A stretch of 56,786 nucleotides of DNA, the filler included, from Sphacelaria rigidula (Eukaryota), in assembly GCA_964200075.2 (NCBI GenBank). It is 5 parts of 5 records of this genome, joined end to end, with 100 filler letters (N's around TTAATTAATTAA, not from the genome) between each part and the next. Parts side by side here need not be neighbours in the genome. Positions count along the whole stretch, not along the records: positions 11,379 to 22,655 come from CAXNAA020005126.1; positions 22,756 to 34,032 come from CAXNAA020005127.1; 3 more parts are not named here. The stretch is one strand, 5' to 3'. The notes under the pieces are model-generated. The model saw nothing but the letters and a program-made list of their open reading frames with translations, made no database searches and was not told the origin of the DNA. This document shows positions 13,571 to 25,700 of this stretch, piece by piece (the stretch's first letter is position 1; each line of letters starts with the position of its first letter). The position numbers were made by a program, and so were the translations under genes.

Positions 13571-14439
13571 CGGAGTCAGAAAGGATGATTTGGTATTGCA
13601 CCGCTACAGCTCGTGTTCGGCAAGATTGAACGGGTTTATCCTTGTGTATTCGCTGCCTTGGGAGTGTAGCTCGCAAAAAGACATGATTGCCGCCGCACTC
13701 CGGTAGTCTTCGTGGTACAGATGAAGCGCGGCAGGGCGGGGGATTGAGGGTTAGGATCCAAGCAGGTGCGGGATTCTTTCGAAAAAATCGACACCCTGGA
13801 CAAAATGTGGTGAAATAGTTGCAATACAGAAAAAAACTGCATTGCGTAGAGTATAGGCCAATTGTATCTGCTGACGATCAATAGCTGCAAAAGGCCTGTA
13901 CTGTACGCAGTATGTATTCTTCTATTGTTCACTATTGATCACATTCGTCCAGGATCCGAAAAAATCTGATTTTCCGTCGATGATATGTGGGGGACATGAG
14001 TACGTAGCAACGAAGATTCATTTTACGAGAGTCGACGCGGTGCGGGAGTAGTGCTGACCCAGTCCGCGATACCAAAACGCAAGGCGTGTACTGGGGGAGA
14101 GATGGCTTAATCCCTAGAAACTACGGGCTTGTCGTCTTGCCCTGGGGAAGGGGAGTGTAATTGAAAGCGCGGCGAAAAAAGAAAAATGCACATCTGGGGC
14201 TGGTCAGTTATTGATGGTGTATTTCAGCGTGAAGTGCGTGGGAGACTGGGTTGGGGGCTGCTCATGAACGCAATGAATGAAAAAACAATGTACGATCACA
14301 TCTTACATGCTGAGACTGTTCAAGGCCTTCCAGGCATGGTAAAAACAGAACGAATTTCACAACTAGGGCAATAAATATCCTCAGCATGAATGCTGTCATA
14401 TTATTTTGTGTTGTCATCTCACTACATCTACGTTGATTT

Positions 14440-14804
14440 TTGTTGTGTTGTGCTGTCATCCCGTCTATTCTGGACGTCGGTTTACACCTTTCGGTATATG
14501 TAAGCGCACCAGTCGGTGTCACACAGGAGGGTGGTCAACACAGGAGTTTTTTTTTCTTTCTTGTTTTTATTTCATTGTCCATCTTCCTTCTGCGGTGCTT
14601 GCCTTTAGTTTTTTATCGCGAGAGGGGTTCAACAGCCCCTTTTCCTCCTCGAGCATCAAGTCGAATTTTGTGTACCCACGACATCGTCGCTCTCCACTGT
14701 TGGGGACTGTGTGCGAAAAAGTCCTAGATCGCTCCGAAATTAGAACCGACGACCCAACCGTCGGAAGATTTTGACGTATCAACTGAGCCACCGGGGCTAC
14801 CGGC
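14440..14804 (-). mobile_element. tRNA-derived SINE-like element (copy 2)
   Basis: Minus strand begins GCCGGTAGCCCCGGTGGCTCAGTTGA...GGTTCTAATT. It shares body blocks with 40858-41206 (e.g. TACACCTTTCGGTATATGT and GTCACACAGGAGG as read on the + strand here) and ends in a CAACACAACAAAAA-like tail. Confidence 0.7.
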
Positions 14805-17800
14805 TATTAGAGTGGTTGCTTTGCGGTGACACCTCCTAGCCAAGGCAAACTTTTCATCAGAGAGAGACCGGCCTGATTTTTACCTCGCAGGCAGTCACAC
14901 CGCGTGGCTTAAACTCCATGCACTTGGATTCCTTCTTTCGTCTTCATTTTTAAGTCCTCCCGTTCCTTGGGACAAGTCGGAGGTCTCAAGGGATCAACCC
15001 ATCTCTCCCCCAAAATATGAAAGCGTCTATCTATGAGCAGAAACGGCACAACCCCCGTCCCCTGAACCCCGACGTGCCACCTCGGTACAAACAGCAACGA
15101 AAGCGATACAAAACGTCACACGGGGAAGTGGGGTAGACCTTAGCTCCAACCCGGTCAACGGTCGCTATCGACATGTTTTCTCTACCCCGAGAAGATACGT
15201 CACCCTCTTCTCTTGAAACCACTGTACAATACATTTTTGTCGTACAAACTCCTCTCCTTTCCCACAAACCATGAACATGTGGATAAGCTGCACGGTCTCC
15301 TCTCGTAAAACTTCCTTCCGCCACCACGATGCTCTGCCCTACACTACTCTCGAAGAGGCGTGCACCTACGGTAGGATCTTACCGATCATGCTAGTTTGGT
15401 CTTTTATATAGATGATAATATACAAAAGTTCAGCAAGAGCATAGTCGTCGATAGCCCATGTACACCGCACCCAACCCAAACGGATCAGACTCGTGCCATT
15501 CGACACTAGAAACAAGACTAGATCACCGCCCCTGACCACTTCAACCCTCTTCCCTATAGAACGAACCCCCCGGGATTCCACGAACACACATACTTACAAT
15601 TTGAAACCTCGCGGGAGTACGAGTATTCGATTTTTTTAGCGCTCCCTTCCTGCCAACGATTGGCGGCTTCATCTACAACTTTGCGCGATTTCCTCGAGCC
15701 CTACACTAACCAGGTCACCACATCGCAAACCAACACATTTGCGCTTACACCTGTCGCATTTTACGCCCACAGCCGTGCTTGTCCACTGTACATTTGTGCT
15801 TCCTGCGTTGTTTTCACATGATCGCGGGACTTGCAGCCCTGAACTCCCACTACCTTCCAGAAATGTCGCGATAGACCCCCGAAAAAACAACCCCGAAGTT
15901 GTCACGAGGAAGATGGCCATACAGCACGTGATCGCTGATTCAAACCTTTGGAACTCGCGAAAAACAGTACAAAGTCCCATATGGGAGATTTCGTCACCAG
16001 AAAACGTCACTTCGAGTTCGGTCCACGAATCTGTCACATTCGTACACTTGATCTTTAGAGTGGTGCACTGTTTTGGTGCGGTGTATCATCAGTTGCAGAA
16101 AAAAAAACATATCTTGCCCAACGGTTCTCAAAGGGTAAAGGCGACATTGGCGCAAACGATCCTAGGCGTGGGAGTTCCCAGTTGCTCGTTGTGCTCGGCT
16201 TTTGTCATTTTGATTTACATGGAGATTTCGCAACCACCCACCTTTCAGCGGGGGGGGGCTATCTCGGCATCACTCTTTTACAGTATCCCAACAGCCCCAC
16301 TCATCTGCGGGCTTCCTCACAAGCCTTCACGTACTAGTATATAAAGACATCAAGCCATAAACTACACTCTCGGGCGAGTGACGCGCACCCATTTGATCAT
16401 CTCTACAGCAGTGTCAGCTACGTACACGATGGACGTCGCGGGAAACACGCACCAAACTTGGGCAGCTGACGTGAGTGTACGCACGTGCGCGTCCATGCTA
16501 TTCGTACGCCTCATTCACTTTTCTCCTGGTCGTCCGGTGTTGAGGCTTCCTCTTCCGGAAGGGTGTCGTCGTCGCCTGGTGTTGGGACTTCACCTCCCGG
16601 CAGGATGTCCTCATCGCCTGTTGCTGGGGCTTCCTCTTCTGGAAGGGCGACATCCATGTCTTCTTTCGCGTCCTGACTCCGCCTCATGATGAAGCGACCA
16701 ACACAGGTCGGCTGATTCGGTCCAGGTTCCAAGACAAACGAGCGAAAAATGAGGGGCTGGGCAAGTTTCAAGAAAAGATTCACCATCAGCTCTGTGGACG
16801 GTGACAAACTGCGTGCTATGCGGAAACTGCTCGGATTCAATAATCGATAAATCATTTAGCTTAAGAGTAAAATCACATCGGATTTCGCTACATGAAGCCT
16901 GAGCACGATACCACCGTTGATCCTCTAGACACGAAGAGAGCATGTGGGACGTTCACCATCACCGACATGACGGAAAACGCGAGAGGCATTCTCTACCGCG
17001 GTCCCAACAATGTTTGGCCTACTTCCTCCCTGGCTGCGAAGCTGTACTCGAGCCACCAGCATGAAACATGATACTCTTGACCGCCTGTCCCACGACACTG
17101 TTGAAGCAGTGTGGAGGGAATCACTCCCTTCTTTTCCTCATCTCTGCGATCGAGAAGTTAGCAGTAGCGTTTTGCTCGTGTCAACCGACTTAACGTCGAT
17201 GCCCTCTTGCGACCTCCGAGTCTCCCTTGGCGCCTGACTAGCTGGAACGAACAACCTCTCAAACGCGCCCTACTGGCGTAAGCTCACCTCCAGGAATCCG
17301 TACATGACGTACCCGCTGATTTTCACCGGAATCTGGGTTTTGTGACGTACAGCAAAGAAGAAGAGGACAAGGCCGAGAGTATTGACCAACAGTCTAGTCA
17401 GCTTTGTAGCAAAAAAGAGTGGAGTGGGTTCCCATATAAGACACGGAAGTTTCCACACCCTGGATGATGGCAATATATCATGTTGTAAAAAAATGTACTG
17501 CGTACAGTATGGAATATACTGTCTGTTGCAATAGGCACAATAGTCGATACTGTACGCAGTGCACTTTTCAACGTTGTATTCCCTTGTCACGGGTGTGAAA
17601 GTTTCACCAGCTCTGCAAGCAGCCTCCTGACACAGCGGGGAGAACCGAAGCCCGTGTACCATCACGACCTATTCAACGTCTTTGGGCAGAAAGCCCTTCT
17701 AGGAAAACAGACTAGCGCGCCGTCCGAGTTGGCCGGCTACCGAACGGAAACGGTGCGATTCCGAGAGCCAACGACATATGGATGACGGCAAAAAAACAAC

Positions 17801-19657
17801 GCGCCGGCAGGATCATGACCATGCACCGCCTACCTCCGATCCCTCCGGTCCCATTATCTTGGTACCCCAAAACATGTGATCTCCGTGCATTTGCACGCCG
17901 CTGCACCTAGAACGAACCACCGTCATGAACATCCTGCAGAGAGCAATCGAAGGAGCACGGGCACGACTTGTGAAGATGTGCTTTCACACGATACGAACGC
18001 GGGCACATGTGGTGACCGTATGGCGTCCCCGCATCGACGTCAGCATATGATACCGTCCAGGCTAGTGGGTATCTGCCTTCCGCCTTAAAAGAAGTGTAAG
18101 GGTCGGCCCTACAGCTGCCCAAATCGTTACAGAAGCCTACGCGATGTAGCGAGCATGAGTGCCTGTGTTTCTTCAGTGCATGATATGACTCCCAACGACG
18201 CTAATTCGTAATGCACAGCTCTTCAGGGTCTGCTCTAGCACCACGTTACGGTTTGCAAAAATGCGGCGTAACCGTTGTCATAGTGGGTTTGGATATTGCT
18301 GTGGAAACCCCCTGAGGCCGTGTCTCATCAAATCGTTTTCGTGTCGAACACGTGCGGTCGAAACGAATTGGCTCGTATCGGATACGTCCACGGCATTTAT
18401 TCTCTCAGGTGGTTGAGAACATCATGGATCATGTTCGAGCGAATTTGATTCCATTGCACGTTTTTGAGTTGAAAACAGCCTGGTGAGACACGGCCTGGAT
18501 ACTGAGTTCTGGGGTTCAACACGCCGGATCTCCAGTAACACCACAGTACATCGGAGTCATGGTCAAAGATGCCGTCAATAAAGCAGTACGGGTGCACAGC
18601 CTCAGGGCAGCGTTGCAACAACACGTTGACAAACTTGATCCAGGGCAAAACATTGTTGAGGATGTCACCGAAAAAAGCGGTGCAACAGCAGTCCTGCACA
18701 CTGCGGCAGGGTGAGATTTCACCGTTGCGAACGTTTGCGGCGTGTTAAGCACGACACCAACCAGAAAATAAGTTATGCGGGTGTCCTACGGCCATACTAG
18801 AGCTTATTCGCAGTCATTATAGACAGGTTCCAATGTGCCGATGTAGGGTCCCGATATAAACGCATGTCGGCAACCCACACACATCTATCCGAGGCCGATC
18901 AGGGCATATTTTAGAATGATAGACTGCTGGTGAGTACGTACGTTGACTTCATACTACAACCAGCGTAAGGGAAGGAATAAACTGGTGCTATCGTGAGACC
19001 GACCCGAAAATGGGATTTCTAGAGATATGTGTGTGCGTTTTTCGATTTGATGGCGTTAGTGTCGCATATATGGCCTCGAGACGAAAAAAAGTGTGCTTCC
19101 AGGTCGTTATTGTGCCGCTTCTTACGTGCAAGAAAAATCTTATTGAAAACTACTTTTTTGGCCCTTCTGCGTCGCCTTACACCCTAAAAGAGGGCTTGGC
19201 GGATCTTGACACCGTGGAATGGTTCGCTCTACAGTACTCGTTGAGAGCGTTCAAGGGCACCTCCGGCTTTTTCGGTAGCCCCAGTTTTTTTCATCCAAGC
19301 TCGCATTTTCAAAAACAAACGGACAAGCTATAAAAAACAGGTTGTTTTTTGAAAATGCGAGTTTGTTTTTGAAAATACAAGTTCGGTAAAAAAAAAAACT
19401 ACGGCCACCAGTAAACGCACAGGTGTCCTGAAACAGACTCAACGAGAATAGCAAGTCATTCCAAGGTGTCAATATCTGCCTAACCCTCTTTCCGGGCGGA
19501 AGACGACGCACAAGGGCCAAAAAAATAATGAAAAAAAAATGTTGACAAAGAAGAAGTGGCCTTGACACAAAAATGAAGAGAGTCACGCCACTTCCCGTGG
19601 GCGGCACTGCTATTTCATACGAGCTGGGCCAGCCCAGAGGGGGATTTGAAGTTTGCA

Positions 19658-19920
19658 GGCCCATGCTCTTTTTATACATTTGGAGTTGGACCCTGAAATT
19701 TGGTATGGAGAATGCATAGGGCATAAAATAAAAAAACTCGTTACCATTTTTTTTTTCATGAGTTGAAGGCATTTACTGATACCTGAAAACTGATTATTGC
19801 CCTTAAACTCATGAAAAAAAATAAAACCTTTTGGTACCGACATAATTTTTCTTCATTCCCTACTCATTGCTTATACCGAATTTCAGGGTCCAACTCTAAA
19901 TATATAAAAGTGCATGGGCC
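19658..19920. repeat. ~260-bp AT-rich imperfect palindrome (foldback)
   Basis: GGCCCATGCTCTTTTTATACATTTGGAGTTGGACCCTGAAATTTGGTAT pairs with ATACCGAATTTCAGGGTCCAACTCTAAATATATAAAAGTGCATGGGCC. Inner arms TTTTCATGAGTTGAAGGC / GCCCTTAAACTCATGAAAA. Confidence 0.75.
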
Positions 19921-20977
19921 TCTTCAAAACCGGGTCGGTAGAAATTCGGAACAGTATTTCGCAGGCCACTCAATGGCCCATGTTTGGTTTTCGTTTATTG
20001 AACATTTGTGTGGGCGCTCTTTAAGGCATGGTCAACAAAAAAAAGTGGGTCAGGTTGATTTTTTTTCGATTTTTTTCCACTGGTTTAGGGCGTTCTACTA
20101 TGGTAAAGACCATTTCTTCACGAGAACGCCCTAACCTCTATGAAAAAAAACATATGAACGTCCATATATTTTTTTATTTGGCACTCTCTTGTGGTTCTCC
20201 ACACCAAAATTCGTCGCCATCCGCTAAATGCATCGATCGGGAGTTTGAAAGAGATTCTAGTATCGGTGCTATCTCCTCTAGGTATAGGAATTACTAGACA
20301 TGGAGTTTAATCAACGAGAAAATATGGGTCCAACCTTTTGAGCAGATGGGCACCTTCCCCTTGATTTTGATTGATTGATTATCGCACTTTAACTGACCCT
20401 CCAGGGGTCCAGCCGTGGTCTCATGATAGACGTACTCAAGAAAAACGGAATTCAAACACGCTCAAAGGAAAAAAAAGAAAGAGGGATCGAACAGAACGAC
20501 ATGGCAGACAGACTAAGTCGTGACAAAAAAAAAGTAATAAAAATTCAACACAAGCAAAGCGCAGAGAGAAACTGATTGGACGATTAATACGATATGCGGA
20601 TCACGGCCCAGCTCGTCTGTGTCGACGAGATATTGCTCTTGGAGCTTAAATCCGTTTTTAAGCTGGCACAGCTCGTACAGCAGCAAAGTTTCCTCTCTCA
20701 TTAATATTCTCACAGCCGGAGTAGGTCTGTCGGCCGATCACCATATTTCTGGTGAGAAATTACCCGAAAAAGGCAACACGTGGGGGTCTTGATCTCTATG
20801 CAGTACCCTCGCTAGACATGCCCTACAGCAGTAGCACGGGGGTGCTAAATTATGTCTGCTTTAATTTGCTCTTTGTACGTGTCATTGGACTAATTCCCCC
20901 CCCCCCCCCTAGCCTGAAATCCGCGATCAATGGGTAAAGGTTCCTGAAATCGCGAGGGTAGTCCATCGAGGTCAGCT

Positions 20978-21299
20978 CACCACTTGGGATGGTGAGAAAT
21001 TTCTCAGAAACTTATAACTTCGAACAAACTATAACACCAACACTAACCCTAACCCTAACCCCAACCCCAACGAAGGCACACCGAGAACCCTCGGGCGAGG
21101 GAGTGGAAAGTGTTACATAGGCAAAGGGTGCGTTGCCAGATCTCAAATCGGCGCCCCGGGCGCCGATTTCGATCAAAACGCGTCCTGCGCAAGCTAGGAG
21201 CACGCTTGGAGTATAGCCCCATTAAAGATCCGGATTTTCGCTGTTCACACTAAAATCAAGTCGAACAATCTCAGAAATTTCTCACCATCCCAAGTGGTG
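20978..21299. mobile_element. MITE-like element with perfect 27-bp terminal inverted repeats
   Basis: CACCACTTGGGATGGTGAGAAATTTCT at 20978-21004 and its exact reverse complement at 21273-21299. Non-coding interior; no clear target-site duplication. Confidence 0.7.
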
Positions 21300-21354
21300 G
21301 ACTCTACTGAGTTCATCTAGATCATGCATACTTTTTGCGGTCTAACTCTTGAGT

Positions 21355-21880
21355 TAATCCTTAGACCACGAGGGCAGGTCACCTGCTGAATCGGCATCAA
21401 TTTTTACGTGAAAAAAGAGTGCTTGATCCACATGGGCTACCCTCGCGGTCGAAGGGTTAACCCTTTTTTCCGGTCTATTTTCGGGGTCTAGTAAGGGATA
21501 AGCCCTTGACCGCCGGAGATTTCCATTTGTGCAAGCAGCATCATTGTCATGTCAAAAGGGGTTAGAAATGATGCCGATTCAATAAATGAATACCTCCGGC
21601 GGTCGAGGGGTTGCTCCGGCTGTCGAGGGGTTACTCCGGCGGTCAAAGGATTGACCCCTTGACCGCCAGGGCATATCATCCGTTGAATCGGCATCACTCT
21701 CACTTGAGAAAGGAATGGAATGATGCCGATTGACAAGTGGACCGCCGCTTGCAGTCAAAGGGTCAACTTTTCGACCACGAGGGCAGGCGACTCGTTGAAT
21801 CAGCATCATTCACACTTGAAAAATAGGGTAAAATGATGCCGACTCAACAGATATCCCTCCTCTCGCCGTCAAAGGGTTAG
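21355..21880. repeat. Tandem array of ~110-140-bp palindromic units built on GAATCGGCATCA/TGATGCCGATTC
   Basis: Motif or its reverse complement (some with one mismatch) at 21388, 21569, 21685, 21721, 21797 and 21834, bracketed by CCCTT(A)GACC...GGTCAAAGGG arms. Confidence 0.75.
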
Positions 21881-22655
21881 TCCTTAGACAGCGAGCGTTG
21901 CCTCGGAACAGTTTCACAGGCTGATAGTCCGGAGACATCCGGGCGTTTCCAGTGGCTGTCCGCAGAGCAGCCGAAAGCTCGCCAACTCAACCATGTGGGT
22001 TTGAAAGTTCCCGCGGAAGAATGTAAGCCAGGAACGAGGCCTGATAGGCGTGGAACGACCATTCTGATCAATCACGGTCGTCAAAATGAGCACGTAGTTT
22101 CCCAACAGGTGGACTACAGGTGAACTACTTCGATATCTACCGGCATTTCTTATTTAGGTCATGGCAATTCAACTGTAGATTGCATGAGTACAAATAACTT
22201 GTTTTGTACTCTGCTCGAGGTCTGTGCCGCTTGTCTGACGCCTCATGTGTTGCCAGCATAGCATTACACTGTAGTTTCGTTGTTGAACACTACGCAGAGA
22301 CATCAGCAGCATGCAGTAAATTATGTTCAGTGGCAAGCGATGGCACGCTGGCTGTTTTTTGCCCTTGTATCCAGCGGAGACATACCGCACACATACAACT
22401 CTGTACGCTTTTGACTGCACGGTCAAAACCAGTCAGGGGTTCTCCGGAGCTATTTTCTATATAGATGCCCAGCACCCTCATGACTATGAAGAAAGGCGCT
22501 TTGTGCAGCGAGATAATAGCTGTCCTGAATCCCAAATATGGCATAGTCCATCGCATTCTACATGCGGGGGGGGGGGGGGCTTACTCATTTGTTGCTTGCC
22601 TTACAGGTTGGTTCACGGTGATCCCCCAAACTTGGTGACTCCGCAAATCCCTTTC

Positions 22656-22755
22656 NNNNNNNNNNNNNNNNNNNNNNNNNNNNNNNNNNNNNNNNNNNNT
22701 TAATTAATTAANNNNNNNNNNNNNNNNNNNNNNNNNNNNNNNNNNNNNNNNNNNN
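22656..22755. other. Artificial contig linker (N44-TTAATTAATTAA-N44)
   Basis: Same 100-bp spacer. Confidence 0.97.
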
Positions 22756-25700
22756 GGCATGCATGATCATGAGTACACCCCCCGAAAAAACAAAAAAATA
22801 ACTTCAGGACTAAAAGAAGGGGCATAGAGTCTCGGATTTTTGGGGGGGGGAATTCTCGGATGGAATTCAAATCCCATTCAAAGCAGTTAGCGATTCGAAA
22901 ACAAATGATCTGTAATATGCAGCCGCAGACTCTCGGTGAGGAGAGGAGGCTGCAAACAAGCCAACGCTGGCAGCACGCGGGGATAAAAGCGCAAAATGAT
23001 TCACGTCCGGACCCACAAGCACGCGTGCAGTTGAAATGCGAGCCATGGTGTACTTTTTATTTTGTGGTCGCGGATTACTGTTTGTTTGCCATTTTTAATT
23101 CCAGATGTTATGCTATGAAACGACGAAAACCTGGCAAAGATCCGCAATATCACTTCGAGGTGTAGTGACCACGAGTACTGTCTGTACCTGTACTGTTGTC
23201 AGGTGCAAACCCCAATTCTACTGTCATTTTGTTTGTAATCATGTTATAAACTCATGATGGTGAAATGGTATAAACATAGCCGGTAACAGCAAACTTCAAA
23301 TAAAGTGGATAAACTGGAGTCCTCATCACCAGTTCCAGTTAAACTCCAGGTCCAGTTCACAGCCCTACATATCCACGTTCGAGATATACACAAAGTAAAT
23401 GAACGCGTGCTTCCTACGATGACTTTGTCGTGAAGCACGGGTGTTTCGCGGTCTCTGCACTGCGTAGTACACTTCATTCAGTGATGTATGATACGATACG
23501 GTTTCCTAGAAACTCGGAACTGCGGTAGTTTGAGCTGAAATAAGGGGTTCTTATAATTTTTCGTGGCGAGCGACTTTTCATGGTTTTTTCGCGACGCCGA
23601 TCACTCATGGCGGTAAGCCCTTGATCCCAATGCTTGGGAATCGCGAGATACTAGGCATCCGCTTCACATGCCGCGATAGAAATCGTCTGTGCTTAGCGTT
23701 GAATGACCTATGGGCTGAATTGACAGGGTTATTCTAGGCGGTTTTGGGCCAAAAATCGATATATTCGGCTCTAGCGTAATAAACAGGCAAGGAGAACAAT
23801 TGATGTGTAGAGTCATTCGTGAGAGTGATCGGAATCGATTTATCTTATACATCAGGGGGTGTTATCGATCGTCCCTCGTCCAAAAAATACAGCTTTTTCG
23901 ACTCTGAGGCAGTCGATAGGTAAAAATTCGACCCGACATTCATTTTCTTTTCTTGATAACGATCGGGATTGATTTATTCGAGCAAAAGTACTCGAGGGTC
24001 AGAACCTGGGGCGGGGTAGTCGCAGGACCCCCGAAAATCTCCCACTATTTTAGCCGAAAACTATGCCCTGATTCAGCTGAAAACTACTGTATCATCTCGA
24101 CTTACTGCGATGTAGTGGGCTGGATTCACACATTTGTTTGGGGACTACGTGCAATGTAGATACACCATCATTCGACGTGGGAAGAAATCCGAGTAAAGAC
24201 AAGTTCTGCCTTGTTTGTGTTCTCTTGTGAATTTGTTTCCCACCACTCGTCAACGCTCATCTTGCATTTCTGACAGCATCAATTTGGCGTGTGCGTGTTG
24301 CTCACAGCAACGGAGCTCATGATGATATGATATCGTTTCCTCGTGACTTGACTTGGTGATGGCTTTGTGCTCTCTCTTTGGAACGACACATCTTCTCCAG
24401 CACACCGTGCCGGTTTCTTTTACAGCAGTCTCAACTATCACGAAATACCCCTGAGTCCACTTCTGTATGGAGACAGATACTATGTGCCATGCCGTGTTGT
24501 GGCCCTGACGAGTTCATGGGCTCATTATTAAGGCATCATTCTTCGCCCTGAGCATCACTCCGGCTTGACTCTAAGTAGGGGAGGTGCCGATTGGTTGCGC
24601 TTCCACCAGATATTTTCCATTCAGAATCTATCCTCAAAATAATTTTGCGATTCCAGGGTATTCTCGTTTCCAAGCGGCGAAGACATGGTCCGGTCTTTCG
24701 TGCTTTGCGTATCCTCGTGTCACGACGTTGTCCCCGGAGTAGTCCCGATGCCAAGGACACTCAAGTCTGTGCTTTTCAAGTGCACCACGTGAAAAATGGA
24801 AGGTACCGATAGCTTCACAACTGCATACGTTCACACTCTCAATAGCCCACAGATGACCCCTGTCGCGTCATGCCGACGTCTTGTACCGTAGGACACCGGT
24901 CGGTGAAAGTGTATGTCGTCTGTCCCATAAGCAAAGTCCGCCATGGAGAATAGGTCGTACCTCGCCAACGGAGGTGCTTACGATGTGATGGCTAGGTTCG
25001 TTGAAATTATATAGTTGTGGAGGTGGCCACTGGAGAAAACAGAAGCAAAATAACCGACTTACAACCTTAGAATCGTTGGGTCAAACATGGCCAAATTTCG
25101 ACCAATTTTTCGCGAATCTGTACAGTGTTGGCCGAATTTCGACTAATTTGGCTTGTTTTCAAGTAATTGAAGGCTGCAATGTGAACGAGTGGTTTCGGGC
25201 CAGGCGGAGCAATAGTATGCCAGCGATGAACCGTAGAAAAAAGGCCAGCTATCCTTTTTTTTCGCTATTTTTTCGCGTTTTTCGTGTTCCCACGGTTCTC
25301 CTCTGTGTCACGGAAAAAGGGCAACATATGGCCGTTTTCGAGCCGACAGATCATTTATCGGCTATTGATGTGCGCTGGCTGCTGCGCAAACCGGAGAAAA
25401 AAAGACGCGATTGAAATACAAAAAACCCTGAAGATTTCAAATAAAATATCGCCTACGGCATTGGACACGGTGGAGAGTCCGTGTGATCATAACGGACTTT
25501 ACTTATGAGACAGTGGAAGTATGGTAGTTTCCAGCTGAATCAGTAGGGTGTTTTTTTGTCGTGAGTGGTGTGTAATGGTTTGTTGGTATTACCACCGGTC
25601 ATCCCAGTGAACGTTTGATCCCCAAGTTTAAGCAAAGCGATCCTACAAGAGGAGTGCGCTTATTAGTCCGAACGATTTCTGTTGCTGCAAACGGAGGCCC

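Noticed and set aside
11558-14145. MTHFR-like exons flanked by direct repeats, like a composite transposon or LTR pair
   Set aside because: The repeats are diverged copies of a common dispersed family, and the upstream copy lies inside the gene's intron.
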